Counted from the stretch's first letter, positions 1 through 9,267 are shown. The stretch is 41,127 nucleotides of DNA from an uncultured Saprospiraceae bacterium (GCA_964445895.1 CAYUNA010000001.1:1-41127), one strand, 5' to 3'. Program-made: numbers and translations. The notes: generated from the sequence alone by a model not told the origin.

Positions 1-61
1 TTTACTAAAAATCAGAGATGAGAATGGGATAATTGCCATTCACAAAGTATTGATTCTGTAA
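1..61 (+). CDS. 3' end of an upstream T9SS-sorted secreted protein (partial; paralog of the next gene)
   Basis: Frame 2 reads ...LLKIRDENGIIAIHKVLIL* and ends at TAA 59-61. The first ~35 nt are identical to 1796-1830, the C-terminal strand of the next gene. Confidence 0.5.
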   Translation, partial: LLKIRDENGIIAIHKVLIL

Positions 62-76
62 TTAAACAATAACATT

Positions 77-113
77 GAAAGCCGTTGTACTCTTATCAAG
101 TGCAACGGCTTTC
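77..113 (+). terminator. Intergenic hairpin after the upstream paralog
   Basis: Perfect 11-bp stem gaaagccgttg / caacggctttc with a 15-nt loop. The downstream T-run is weak (tttcgtcgtt). Confidence 0.45.
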
Positions 114-131
114 GTCGTTAAATCTAATACC

Positions 132-1853
132 ATGAACAAATATAGTATTATCTTATATCTCCTTTTGTTTTCAGTTTTCACCGCAACTGCTCAACCTAAT
201 TCCGACCAATTCAGAGATAATGTTTGGATTTTAGGATATGATTTTAATAGCAGTACACCAGAAATTCCAGGTGTTTTTCTTAACTTCGCTAATGATACAC
301 TTGAAATTATTGAAGTAGAAGATAAAGCAATAGAATTAGGTAAGACTAATACAAGTATTTGTGATGAAAATGGAAATTTGTTACTTTATTCTAATGGATG
401 TAGCATTGCTGATTTTAGTGAAAATATTATAGTAGGCGGAGAAATAATTAACAATGGTATTTATCACAATACCTACTGTGATGGACTTGGTTATTATTCG
501 GTAGCACAAGGAATAACCAACTTTTTTCAACCAGAATCAAATGATACGATTTTATTGGTTCATCAAAAAATAGATACTCATTCATTCGGCCCAGCAGTTA
601 GTGATATTTTATTATCAAAAGTAATAATAGATAGTGAACAAAACTTATCAACTATTTCTGCTGATGAAAAAATACTATCAGATACAATTTTAGCCAGTCA
701 TCTTTCAGTTTGCCGACATGGAAATGGAAAAGACTGGTGGTTATTTTGTTCTGAACTATTCTCTACTAATCAATATAGCCTATTATTCACATCTAATGGC
801 ATTGTAGGCCCATTCGAGCAAAGCATTGGAGATACTGCACAATTAGGAGGAAATGGTTCTGGTGGTAGTGTTTTTTCCCCAGACGGCACAAAATACGTTA
901 AATATGATATTAAATCAAATATTCAAATTTTTGACTTTGATAGATGTACAGGTATTTTGAGTAATTATATACAAATACCCATTCAAGATTTATCTGATAC
1001 TGTTTTTGCGGCAGGAATTGCTATCTCTCCTAATTCTCGTTTTTTATATGCGTCTTCTACGAATTTGATTTATCAATTTGATTTAGAAAGTTCTGATATT
1101 GAAGCATCCAAAATAATTGTAGCAGAATATGATGGTTTTATAGACTCTTTTGGACAAACTACCTATTTTTATATGGCAGAGTTAGCACCTAATGGTAAAA
1201 TTTATATTTCGAGTAATGGAGGAAAACAAATTTTACATATTATTCATAGTCCAAATGAGCAAGGAATGGCCTGTAATGTAGAGCAACATGGAATTATTTT
1301 TAATAATTATATGTCAGGAGGTCTTCCCCACTTTCCCAATTTCCGTCTCGGACCAATCGTAGAAATTCAACCCAACTTCAATACAATTATCAATAATGAC
1401 ACGGTGCAGTTTTTCAACAACACCATCGGCGGTACAGATTTTCATTGGGATTTTGGAGATAATGTAACAAGTGTTGCAGCTTCACCAGAGCATATTTATG
1501 AAGAGCCAGGGCAGTACATTGTCACTTTAACAGCTATGGAAAGTTGCGTAGAGGAAGTTTTTACCGATACCTTAAATGTTATTTTTACAGATGTAAATGA
1601 AACATTTTCAACTCAGCAAACAGCAGTTTATCCAAATCCAAATCATGGTACTTTTATCATTGATTTTTTAGATAGGTACTCAAAAAATAGTACTTGGAGT
1701 TTGACTGATACTTTCGGAAAAGTCCTCCAATCTGGACAATTTACCCAATCCAAAGAAGAAATCTCTACTAAAAATATATCTGCTGGTCTTTATTTACTAA
1801 AAATCAGAGATGAGAATGGGATAATTAGTATTCATAAAGTATTGATTTTATAA
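132..1853 (+). CDS. Secreted PKD-domain protein with T9SS C-terminal sorting domain
   Basis: The ORF track gives 75-1853. The ATG at 132 gives the signal peptide MNKYSIILYLLLFSVFTATAQ. PKD-like segment FHWDFGDN...GQYIVTLTA. C-terminus VYPNPNHGTFIIDF...GLYLLKIRDENGIISIHKVLIL is T9SS type-A-like. Confidence 0.85.
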   Translation: MNKYSIILYLLLFSVFTATAQPNSDQFRDNVWILGYDFNSSTPEIPGVFLNFANDTLEIIEVEDKAIELGKTNTSICDENGNLLLYSNGCSIADFSENIIVGGEIINNGIYHNTYCDGLGYYSVAQGITNFFQPESNDTILLVHQKIDTHSFGPAVSDILLSKVIIDSEQNLSTISADEKILSDTILASHLSVCRHGNGKDWWLFCSELFSTNQYSLLFTSNGIVGPFEQSIGDTAQLGGNGSGGSVFSPDGTKYVKYDIKSNIQIFDFDRCTGILSNYIQIPIQDLSDTVFAAGIAISPNSRFLYASSTNLIYQFDLESSDIEASKIIVAEYDGFIDSFGQTTYFYMAELAPNGKIYISSNGGKQILHIIHSPNEQGMACNVEQHGIIFNNYMSGGLPHFPNFRLGPIVEIQPNFNTIINNDTVQFFNNTIGGTDFHWDFGDNVTSVAASPEHIYEEPGQYIVTLTAMESCVEEVFTDTLNVIFTDVNETFSTQQTAVYPNPNHGTFIIDFLDRYSKNSTWSLTDTFGKVLQSGQFTQSKEEISTKNISAGLYLLKIRDENGIISIHKVLIL

Positions 1854-2122
1854 AAAATATTGTCTTTTAAATATCCAATTTCAAAGCTATCAAAAATCAC
1901 AAAACTGACTACCCATTACACCACTACCCAAGAGTCTAATAATCAGTTAAATATCTGATTTTTGCTCCTTTTATACACTTTTCAGTACCCACTCTTACTT
2001 ATAGTGGGTAGTCTTGAAATAGCATAAGTTTGAAAATTTTTCAGAAGATAAAGCGACCAATTGTACTATTCCATGATGCTTCCCCCTACCGATTGCTGAT
2101 ATTTTCGATGAGAGTCATAAAA

Positions 2123-2170
2123 AAGGGGCTTTTGGATAAAAGCAATTTTACACCTATCCAAAAACCCCTT
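2123..2170. terminator. Bidirectional hairpin between convergent genes
   Basis: 16-nt arms aaggggcttttggata / tatccaaaaacccctt with one mismatch and a 16-nt loop. It lies between the 3' ends of 132-1853(+) and 2189-3067(-). Confidence 0.55.
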
Positions 2171-2188
2171 ACATAATTTCTAAAACAA

Positions 2189-3067
2189 CTACCGTTTCAG
2201 AAATGCCGTAATCTCCATTGCCGCCGAAGCCACCGCCAATTTTCCATCAGATTTGTTAATAGCATCCAAAACCTTCGTAAAAATCAAATGCTTAGTACCA
2301 CGACGTTTCTTGAAGTCCACCACATAACGCAAGGTAAACGTTATCCAATTTTCATCAAAAGCCATCGTCACCATTGGAGCAACTTGGGCATTTTCCACCA
2401 TTAGCTTTTCGGTCATTTTTGCCCAATCTTGTTCGGCTGCTTTGGCAAAATCTCCATTCACTTCATTAAGTATTTCTGTGAATTTTTGTCGGGCATATTC
2501 GTAATCACCTTCCGTTTTGATGGGAATGGTCACTTCATCCCAGAGAAACGGAAAATCACCCGAATAGTTATAGACAGGCTCTTTGAAAATAAAACTGTTG
2601 GCGATACGCACAATTTTACCATTATAAAGGTCGCCATTGACCCAATCGCCAATCTGCATCATCGAAGTACGCAAAACGCCAATATCTACTACATCGCCCT
2701 TGATACCGCCGAGCATCACACGGTCGCCTACCTTGTAGAAGTTAGAAAAATTAATGGCAACGAATCCCGCGATACTGGCAATGACTTCCTGCAAGGCGAA
2801 GGCGATACCTGCACCCGCAACCCCTAAGAAAACGGTCAATCCTGATAACTGGCTACTGTAAATCACCATTATCATCAGCGCAATTAGAATGTAACCGATG
2901 TAGCCAACAAATTTCCTGATTTTGTAGCGGCTATTGGTTTCTTTGACGTAACGGGGAATAATATTTTTAACCAATCCCGTGATGGTAAAAATGATAAATG
3001 CGCCGATGATAACCGCCGCTAATTTTTGGAAAGTCGGGTCTTCAAAATATGCTGTAAATTCTTCCAT
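2189..3067 (-). CDS. Small MscS-family mechanosensitive channel
   Basis: 292 aa. N-terminal TM helices are followed by an MscS beta-domain-like VGDRVMLGGIKGDVVDIGVLRTSMMQIGD. Confidence 0.85.
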   Translation of the reverse strand: MEEFTAYFEDPTFQKLAAVIIGAFIIFTITGLVKNIIPRYVKETNSRYKIRKFVGYIGYILIALMIMVIYSSQLSGLTVFLGVAGAGIAFALQEVIASIAGFVAINFSNFYKVGDRVMLGGIKGDVVDIGVLRTSMMQIGDWVNGDLYNGKIVRIANSFIFKEPVYNYSGDFPFLWDEVTIPIKTEGDYEYARQKFTEILNEVNGDFAKAAEQDWAKMTEKLMVENAQVAPMVTMAFDENWITFTLRYVVDFKKRRGTKHLIFTKVLDAINKSDGKLAVASAAMEITAFLKR

Positions 3068-3092
3068 GATTAATCGTTTTTCGTTTTAAAAT

Positions 3093-4724
3093 CTATGCTT
3101 CGTTTGTAGGTTTATTAGTAGAATTATCCACCTTAAACGCAGGTGCTTTGTAATCTTTCTTCAAGTAATTTTGCGGCACTGCCATCTGATTACCATCCCG
3201 TACCGCCATATAATGCGACGACATAATCTCCAAGCCTGCTTCATTAAACACATCCTGAATATTGGCGTGAAGATTAGAATAAATTTTGGAAATTTTATGA
3301 CTATCTTTGGTATAAACGTTCAACTCATACGCCACATACCAATCATCAAGGCTTTTTTGTAGTACAAAGGGCTTGGGTTCTTTCTCTACTAAATCCGTTC
3401 TCAAAGCTGCATCTTCCAACAACTGATGAACTTGTGTCCAGGGGACATCGTAACCAATAGTGATAGTCGTTGGCAAAATTAAGCCTTGTTCCTCTGCCAA
3501 AGTAGAATAATTGACGACACCACCGCCTAATAGGATGGCGTTGGGAATAGTGGTTTCTTCATTCTTGGTTGTCTTTACCCTGGTGACTAATAAATTCCGA
3601 CTAATGACGCTACCCGAAATATTGTTGATTTTCACAAAATCACCGATTTTGAAGGGGCGCATATATGTTAAAATTACACCCGAAATCACATTGCTAATTA
3701 TCCCTGCTGACCCTAAAGAAAGGAGCAGACCAATAAAAACGGAAACTCCTTGAAACGCATCCGAACCAGAGCCGGGCAAATAAGGGAAGATGATAACTAA
3801 AGTGAAAATGATAATCAAGACCCGAAATAAATTGAAGGTCGGAAATGCCCAATCGGGGAAAAATCCATTGACTTTGATGCGCTCCGTTTTGATTTGAATG
3901 GCGAAGTAGCCCAAGCCTTTTATCAGGTATTTGACAGCAATAATAATGATAAAAATAAAGAGTAAATTAGGGAGAAAGCCAACAAAACTATCTGCCAAAA
4001 ACCGTAGCGGTCGCAAGACATATCCCATTAGCTTTTCGCCAAAACCTCTCGTGTAGGAAATTTGGCTAAACATGAAAGGCAGATAGAAATAAAGGAAAAC
4101 ACCAATTGCTGTAAAGCGGGTCATTCGCAGCAGAAAAAGTAAAATACCGCGCTCCGTTTCGGGTGTAATAAGTTCAAAGAACTTGACGAATCTGTTGTTT
4201 TGAAAAAAGACATTGTGGGATAAGGTTTTGAGGTTTCGACGGAAATAATCGAAAGTAGAATTGACTATCCATAAGACAATGAGAAAGCCAATCAGAGCTA
4301 AGAAAAAGAGTCCAATATCTTTCCCTAAATTCCCTATCGAAGTATCATTAAAATCATCAATCAGAGCTTTGCGAATGATTCTTTTTTTCGTTTCTGCGAG
4401 TTGTTCTAATGGTTCGTTTGCGGTGGTGGCATCCACTTGGGTAATGGTAGCAATTACCTTTCTGCGGTGCAAAATATCGGCATCTGCGCCCGAAGTGGTT
4501 ATCCTCAAGCTGTCAAATTCCGCAAGCGGTAATTTTGCCAATTGGCGAATATTGCGCTGAATCATTTCTGCCCGTTGCTGCGGCGAAAAGCCCCCGATTT
4601 TGTTTTCGATGATGAATAAAGTATCACCTTTAAACACCACAGGAGCAGGAACATTTTGAGCAGAACCAAGCGTAGCGCAAAGCGCAATCAGCAAAAAAGT
4701 AGATAAGTAAATATAGCGTTTCAT
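3093..4724 (-). CDS. Large MscS-family mechanosensitive channel with periplasmic N-domain
   Basis: 543 aa with a signal peptide and multiple TM helices. MscS-type beta domain FKIGDFVKINNISGSVISRNLLVTRVKTTKNEETTIPN. Confidence 0.85.
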   Translation of the reverse strand: MKRYIYLSTFLLIALCATLGSAQNVPAPVVFKGDTLFIIENKIGGFSPQQRAEMIQRNIRQLAKLPLAEFDSLRITTSGADADILHRRKVIATITQVDATTANEPLEQLAETKKRIIRKALIDDFNDTSIGNLGKDIGLFFLALIGFLIVLWIVNSTFDYFRRNLKTLSHNVFFQNNRFVKFFELITPETERGILLFLLRMTRFTAIGVFLYFYLPFMFSQISYTRGFGEKLMGYVLRPLRFLADSFVGFLPNLLFIFIIIIAVKYLIKGLGYFAIQIKTERIKVNGFFPDWAFPTFNLFRVLIIIFTLVIIFPYLPGSGSDAFQGVSVFIGLLLSLGSAGIISNVISGVILTYMRPFKIGDFVKINNISGSVISRNLLVTRVKTTKNEETTIPNAILLGGGVVNYSTLAEEQGLILPTTITIGYDVPWTQVHQLLEDAALRTDLVEKEPKPFVLQKSLDDWYVAYELNVYTKDSHKISKIYSNLHANIQDVFNEAGLEIMSSHYMAVRDGNQMAVPQNYLKKDYKAPAFKVDNSTNKPTNEA

Positions 4725-4728
4725 ATCT

Positions 4729-5520
4729 TTAGAAATTTACAGAGAAAGCAGAGGTGAAGCGGTGAAACCAATTGTTTATCGGCACAATTGGCGCAACATC
4801 GTAGATGTTTTGATACTGCGTACCCAATTGTAGATATTTGCTAATTTTCCAATTTAAGCCTGTACTACTTGCCAAGCGGGGCGATTGAAAAAATTGGTCA
4901 AAGCGCGGTTGATAGTAAAAACTGGCATCCAAAAAGAACTTTTCCGAGAACCATTTTTTATAGCTAAGGTAAAAGTTCATCCTTACTGTTTTTTGCGTGA
5001 TGGGTGAAGTATCTGGCGGTCGCAATTCATCTTTTACGCCGTTGTAATTCCATTTTTCATATTCATAGAATCCACCCAATCCAGCAAAAAGCCCCGCTTT
5101 GGCATTTCTCAAAAAGGCATATCGCAGATTCGCACCAACCGCATTTTTAAACTGTAAACCCCTTGCATCTGCCCATTGAATTTGCGCGAAGTATTCGGGG
5201 ATTAGTCGCCCATTTTTATTGCTTTTCCACTTGGCGAACACATAGCCACCACTTAACGCCGTTTGGTCGCCAATTGCGGTAAATTCCGTTTTTTGGGCAA
5301 GGGTCAGACTGTTGTTCTTCAGCCGAAAAACCAAATCCGTTACGCTACTGATTTCCACGAATAATTCTTTTTGTGTTTGTATTTTGACTTCAGGGGAAAA
5401 CGACCCCTTGAAATTCTTAGTAGAATCCAACAAGACCACAAAATTTTCGGGGAAAATGATTTGAGCATTTCCTTTCGGTAATAGAAAATAGCAGCAACAT
5501 AGAATTAGAAAATATTTCAC
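4729..5520 (-). CDS. Putative outer-membrane beta-barrel protein (DUF481-like guess)
   Basis: Signal peptide MKYFLILCCCYFLLPKGNAQ, amphipathic beta-strand pattern and aromatic C-terminus ...AFSVNF. Only a 4-nt gap separates it from the downstream MscS gene (3093-4724), so they are probably co-transcribed. Confidence 0.6.
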   Translation of the reverse strand: MKYFLILCCCYFLLPKGNAQIIFPENFVVLLDSTKNFKGSFSPEVKIQTQKELFVEISSVTDLVFRLKNNSLTLAQKTEFTAIGDQTALSGGYVFAKWKSNKNGRLIPEYFAQIQWADARGLQFKNAVGANLRYAFLRNAKAGLFAGLGGFYEYEKWNYNGVKDELRPPDTSPITQKTVRMNFYLSYKKWFSEKFFLDASFYYQPRFDQFFQSPRLASSTGLNWKISKYLQLGTQYQNIYDVAPIVPINNWFHRFTSAFSVNF

Positions 5521-5615
5521 TTAAAGTTCGTTAATTAACAAAAATCGCAATATAATTAAAGTATCAACGTATTTAGTAAAAACTGTTTTGAAACTCCATA
5601 TTGTATCAATTTATT

Positions 5616-6584
5616 TTATAGTTTTTCGCTGCAATTATGGCAATAAGTAGCATTCGTATGGTGTTCCTCCTGTCCGCAGTTGCTACATTCTTTAGAGATT
5701 ACTTCCTTCAAATTCATCACCCGACCGCTAATTTCAGCCGTCACGATGCCCGTAGGGACGGCAATAACGCCGTAGCCCATAATCATCACCGCCGTAGCCA
5801 AAAATTTTCCAAAAGGTGTGATTGGCGTAATATCGCCATACCCGACGGTAGTAAGAGTAACAATCGCCCAATAAATCCCCTTCGGGATGTTGTTTAGATT
5901 GGGATTGGTGTTGCCCTCCACAATGTAAAGCAAAGAGCCAATTATCATCGCCATCAGAATCACGAAGGTAATAAAAACCGAAATTTTGGTGCGGCTTGCC
6001 CGCAGCGCACTTAAAATTACATTGCCCTCTGATACAAAATGACCCATCTTGAAAATCCGAAAAACACGAAGCAAACGCAATGCCCTAACGATGATTAGGT
6101 TCTGCGCTCCAATAAAAAAGATGCCCAAGTAAGACGGGATAATTGCCAGTAAATCTACGATACCAAAAAAGGAAGTAGCGTAAGCCAACGGATTTTTGGA
6201 ACTATACAAGCGTAGCACATATTCGACCGTAAAAATAATGGTAAACAGCCATTCCAAGACAAAGAAAATCCACCAATGCGCCTTTTGAAACTCCGATACC
6301 GTTTCCAACATAACAATCAAAATGCTGATGGAAATTAGCCAAATTAACACCTTATCGAATCGGCGACCCGTTTGGGTATCGTTTTCAAAAATGACGTTGT
6401 GAAGGTAAGCTCTCTGCTTGCTGTTAATGCGCCTGTCCAACTGCTTTTTACCCCAAGCAGCAAAAGCAAAAACCCACGCTTTCAGCTTGTAAGGAGTGGC
6501 GATAATAATGCCTTTCAGGAAATGGTAAAATCGGACTATCTGCCGAATTATCCACCGTCCAAATTGTTGTAATTTATTTTTCAT
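5616..6584 (-). CDS. Voltage-gated-type K+ channel with C-terminal CxxC-x11-CxxC tail
   Basis: The ORF track (5616-6665) begins at TTG. The internal ATG at 6582-6584 (MKNKLQQF...) lies 22 nt below a promoter-like motif. S4-like RALRLLRVFRIFK and pore TTVGYGD. Confidence 0.85.
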   Translation of the reverse strand: MKNKLQQFGRWIIRQIVRFYHFLKGIIIATPYKLKAWVFAFAAWGKKQLDRRINSKQRAYLHNVIFENDTQTGRRFDKVLIWLISISILIVMLETVSEFQKAHWWIFFVLEWLFTIIFTVEYVLRLYSSKNPLAYATSFFGIVDLLAIIPSYLGIFFIGAQNLIIVRALRLLRVFRIFKMGHFVSEGNVILSALRASRTKISVFITFVILMAMIIGSLLYIVEGNTNPNLNNIPKGIYWAIVTLTTVGYGDITPITPFGKFLATAVMIMGYGVIAVPTGIVTAEISGRVMNLKEVISKECSNCGQEEHHTNATYCHNCSEKL

Positions 6585-6606
6585 TTGAGATTGTCTTTCG
6601 CTTTTA

Positions 6607-6636
6607 AGAAAGACTGGATTTTGAAGATTGGTCACG
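6607..6636 (-). promoter_or_regulatory. Bipartite motif copy G (CGTGACC-N15-GTCTTTCT), candidate ECF-type promoter of the K+ channel gene
   Basis: Read on the minus strand. Spacing is the same 15 nt as in the 6 other copies. It lies 22 nt upstream of ATG 6584. Both half-sites carry one mismatch. Confidence 0.4.
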
Positions 6637-6715
6637 GAAAAAATTATGATTATTCTATCGTTCAAATGGAATTATTTCTTATATTTAATAGTTGATGAGT
6701 AAAAACATATAATTT

Positions 6716-8569
6716 ATGAGGTTAGGAACGATTAGCAATCCCAATGAAGTTATCCATCGCAAAGTAAACCACTTTTACGATTACATCCATTATCTGCTTG
6801 ATAACAACAGAGATAGAGTAAAATATTCGGGAGAAAACCACTTAACACTATTAGAAAGAATAGCGAATAGAGTAGAAAATTGCTCTCTTAATCCTTCTAC
6901 CAGGAATCTGATAGAAACCTATCTAAATAATCCACTGTTTAACTGCAAAAGTGACCGATTAGCGCGAAAAGGAAAATTGAAAAAAGTGCTGTGTGAATTG
7001 AAAACTATTCATAAAAAATCTTCTTTTACTAATCCTGATTTTAAACAAAAATTGCATGAAACCATAGAAGTCCTAAACGGTTCAGATTTACTGAATGGCG
7101 AACTTTACTTTCAAAAAGTCTTAGAAAACTTAGTCAAAATGTTGCGGTGTGATTGTTCATTGGGAAAACACAAAGACGACATAGAATATTACGCAAAACT
7201 GCTGGTTTTTGAGTTTTTGAGAGTTGATTATGAGAAAAAGCATTTGGTTGGTCTTCGTGGTTTCTTTTATCGAATCTTATCAAAAGAAACAGATTTGACC
7301 GATAGAGAGAATGATAATATTTATTCAGAATTTCCCCTCCCTCCTGCTATCGAAGCCAATCGTAACCAACCCGGATTTAAAAAAGAAGTAGAGGAATATT
7401 TAAATAGCTTGGATTTCCAAAAGCAATTTGGAGGATTATCCACTTTATTCAAGAAAGAAAAAACGGGTAAAGTCATATATAAAGTCAAATACGTCAGCGA
7501 AGTACATGAGGACTTCGATGTAACGCATGAAGGTGTTAGATTTTTTCACCGAAGTCGTCTTTCCGTAAATTTAGACCATTGGAAAGACTATCAAATAGAA
7601 GATTTGAACGAGTTTATTGACGAAAAATTCACTTGCTTGGCAGAAGTAGAATTGAATTTTAAAATCGAATCTATTGGACGACAAAAAGCAATTGTCAAAA
7701 TCAAAGAAGCAATTGAATTTTTAAATTATGTTGGAAAAGACTATGATTCTTTTAAACACGGGGCAATTTTAGATATGTCCAAAAGTTACATTTTCTATGA
7801 TACTAATGGAAATTTCCAATGGGATGCCGAAAGCATTCAAGTATCTAACCAACTGGCAAATCGGCGTTTATCAGCTCTTTATCCCGATGAATTTTATGCT
7901 TTCCCCTTCGCTACTCAAAAGACAATCAAATGGGCAGATAAAAGCATTTTTAGGTCAAATTCAAGTGCTATTTTGGAAGATAAAATTGTTTATTTGTGGC
8001 GATTTTTAGAGTGTATTTTCGCCCATCTTCCGATGAATAAGGGAGATGACATAAAGAAAAAGGTTAGTTCTGCGCTACTCACAAAATACGCTGAAAAAAG
8101 GAAGCAGTATCTATCCCTTTTCATAGGAAATGCAGCACACAACTCTGACCACAAAACGCTTAATATATCTATTACTCCAAATGAATTAAGAAAGAGACTC
8201 CATAAGATTCACAAAGACGATGAAGATATTTTGACGCTAAGTGAATTTATTGATTACCCCTTTTTAAATGAAAAATTTGCAGACTACCAATATATGGAAA
8301 AGCCCATCGACTATCAAGATGCGCACGATTATTATAGTATGGTCATGAAAGAAGCCCACGAACAACGTAATTCGATTCTTCACCAAGGAGTTTCTTGCTA
8401 CTCGACCCTAAAAAAACTAAATTCTTGTTTGTTCAATCTCATCATTCGTTTTCGTCGTGCTATTATGGAGCAATTGATTGAGAATCCTACATTGAGCATT
8501 GAGGATGCTATTGAGCAATTACATACAGAAGGTATTAGCTATTTGCCAAAAAAAAGGTTAGAGCAATGA
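6716..8569 (+). CDS. 617-aa cytoplasmic protein with C-terminal HEPN-type Rx4H motif (putative RNase/Abi-like)
   Basis: Long ATG-initiated ORF with no TM or signal peptide. EAHEQ-RNSILH-QG at aa 551-556 (nt 8366-8383), an RN...H arrangement typical of HEPN active sites. The rest is unrecognised. Confidence 0.7.
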   Translation: MRLGTISNPNEVIHRKVNHFYDYIHYLLDNNRDRVKYSGENHLTLLERIANRVENCSLNPSTRNLIETYLNNPLFNCKSDRLARKGKLKKVLCELKTIHKKSSFTNPDFKQKLHETIEVLNGSDLLNGELYFQKVLENLVKMLRCDCSLGKHKDDIEYYAKLLVFEFLRVDYEKKHLVGLRGFFYRILSKETDLTDRENDNIYSEFPLPPAIEANRNQPGFKKEVEEYLNSLDFQKQFGGLSTLFKKEKTGKVIYKVKYVSEVHEDFDVTHEGVRFFHRSRLSVNLDHWKDYQIEDLNEFIDEKFTCLAEVELNFKIESIGRQKAIVKIKEAIEFLNYVGKDYDSFKHGAILDMSKSYIFYDTNGNFQWDAESIQVSNQLANRRLSALYPDEFYAFPFATQKTIKWADKSIFRSNSSAILEDKIVYLWRFLECIFAHLPMNKGDDIKKKVSSALLTKYAEKRKQYLSLFIGNAAHNSDHKTLNISITPNELRKRLHKIHKDDEDILTLSEFIDYPFLNEKFADYQYMEKPIDYQDAHDYYSMVMKEAHEQRNSILHQGVSCYSTLKKLNSCLFNLIIRFRRAIMEQLIENPTLSIEDAIEQLHTEGISYLPKKRLEQ

Positions 8570-8582
8570 CTTCGCTCTAACC
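8556..8582 (+). terminator. Hairpin overlapping the stop codon of 6716-8569
   Basis: 9-bp stem ggttagagc / gctctaacc with a 9-nt loop. No clear T-run. Confidence 0.35.
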
Positions 8583-8617
8583 TCCATGAAATTTAATAAA
8601 TCACCTATTATGTAAAC

Positions 8618-8776
8618 TTATTTCTTCTTCTTTGCCTGTGGCACTAAAGATTTTCCCTTGTGTGCTGGGTTTGCAGCACCAGGTTTAGCGTTTGCAGTTC
8701 GAGCAGCTTTGCGTTTTGCTTTTACTGCTTCTGCATTCTTTTTTGCTTCGGTTCTTTTTTGTACTTTCGTTTTCAT
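8618..8776 (-). CDS. Possible 52-aa highly basic small protein (not in ORF track)
   Basis: ATG 8774-8776 to TAA 8618-8620. Translation: MKTKVQKRTEAKKNAEAVKAKRKAARTANAKPGAANPAHKGKSLVPQAKKKK. Lys/Ala-rich. It could be spurious. Confidence 0.3.
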   Translation of the reverse strand: MKTKVQKRTEAKKNAEAVKAKRKAARTANAKPGAANPAHKGKSLVPQAKKKK

Positions 8777-8800
8777 AATTGTAATAAGTTTTTAAGTATC

Positions 8801-8834
8801 GGGGCAAATGCAGCCTGACTGATTCATTTGCCCC
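8801..8834 (-). terminator. Hairpin downstream of the 89-aa gene
   Basis: Perfect 10-bp stem ggggcaaatg / catttgcccc with a 14-nt loop. No T-run on either strand. Confidence 0.4.
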
Positions 8835-8853
8835 TCTACACTATGAAATTTGG

Positions 8854-9123
8854 TTAGGCTACGGCTGCTTTTGGCGCAGGCGCGTTATTTTTTTCGTTGT
8901 TGACCCGCATTTTGTAGTCTTCTAATACTTCCGACATAATGGCGTAATCTGCAGATGCTCGCGTTGCGAAATCTTCCATTGCTTTTTCTAATTCTTTGTC
9001 GGGAGCATTGAATAAATCTACTTGGACGTGTCCAATTTTTTCAGCCAAACTTTCTTGGCTATTTACGATATCTTCCAATTTTTGTTGGAAGTCTTCCATG
9101 ATTTCAATTTTAGATTTTTCCAT
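8854..9123 (-). CDS. 89-aa acidic helical hypothetical protein
   Basis: The ORF track gives 8854-9249, but its 5' part runs through a promoter-like motif. ATG 9121-9123 gives MEKSKIEIMEDFQQKLEDIV..., 46 nt below motif copy F. Confidence 0.6.
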   Translation of the reverse strand: MEKSKIEIMEDFQQKLEDIVNSQESLAEKIGHVQVDLFNAPDKELEKAMEDFATRASADYAIMSEVLEDYKMRVNNEKNNAPAPKAAVA

Positions 9124-9169
9124 GATGGCAATTTTTATTTTAGTTTTTAATGTTGTGCCTAAAAGCGAG

Positions 9170-9199
9170 ATAAAGACTGCTAATAAAAAATTGGTCACA
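9170..9199 (-). promoter_or_regulatory. Bipartite motif copy F (TGTGACC-N15-GTCTTTAT)
   Basis: Exact match to both half-sites on the minus strand. It points at ATG 9123. Confidence 0.5.
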
Positions 9200-9259
9200 C
9201 CTAATTCAGCATTTTTTTTTAATAATTTTTCTACGCAAAAAGGCTGCATACTAAGAACC

Positions 9260-9267
9260 TATCTTTG
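9260..9267 (+). promoter_or_regulatory. Possible Bacteroidota -7 box (TATCTTTG) for 9338-10117
   Basis: Matches TAnnTTTG, about 70 nt upstream of the ATG at 9338. Confidence 0.3.

Noticed and set aside
75-131. N-terminal extensions in ORF-track calls: 75 vs 132, 6665 vs 6584, 9249 vs 9123, 18834 vs 18801, 21298 vs 21286, 26208 vs 26274 and 40928 vs 40847.
   Set aside because: The internal ATGs give proper signal peptides or conserved N-termini. The extensions run through promoter-like motifs, -7 boxes or repeats, or begin at non-ATG codons.
2429-2827. 132-aa plus-strand ORF inside the MscS gene. There are similar antisense ORFs at 3171-3362, 3511-3753, 4261-4560, 5637-5897, 6372-6572, 14898-15155, 15695-16115, 17166-17882, 17293-17712, 18505-18943, 19514-19986, 20420-21265, 22270-22476, 23332-23768, 25233-25530, 29229-29504, 29836-30105, 32989-33263, 37433-37872, 38110-38796, 39151-39488 and 40164-40391.
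   Set aside because: Each is fully embedded in, or antisense to, a longer ORF with clear family signatures or signal peptides. Their translations are low-complexity or hydrophobic nonsense typical of shadow ORFs in AT-rich DNA.
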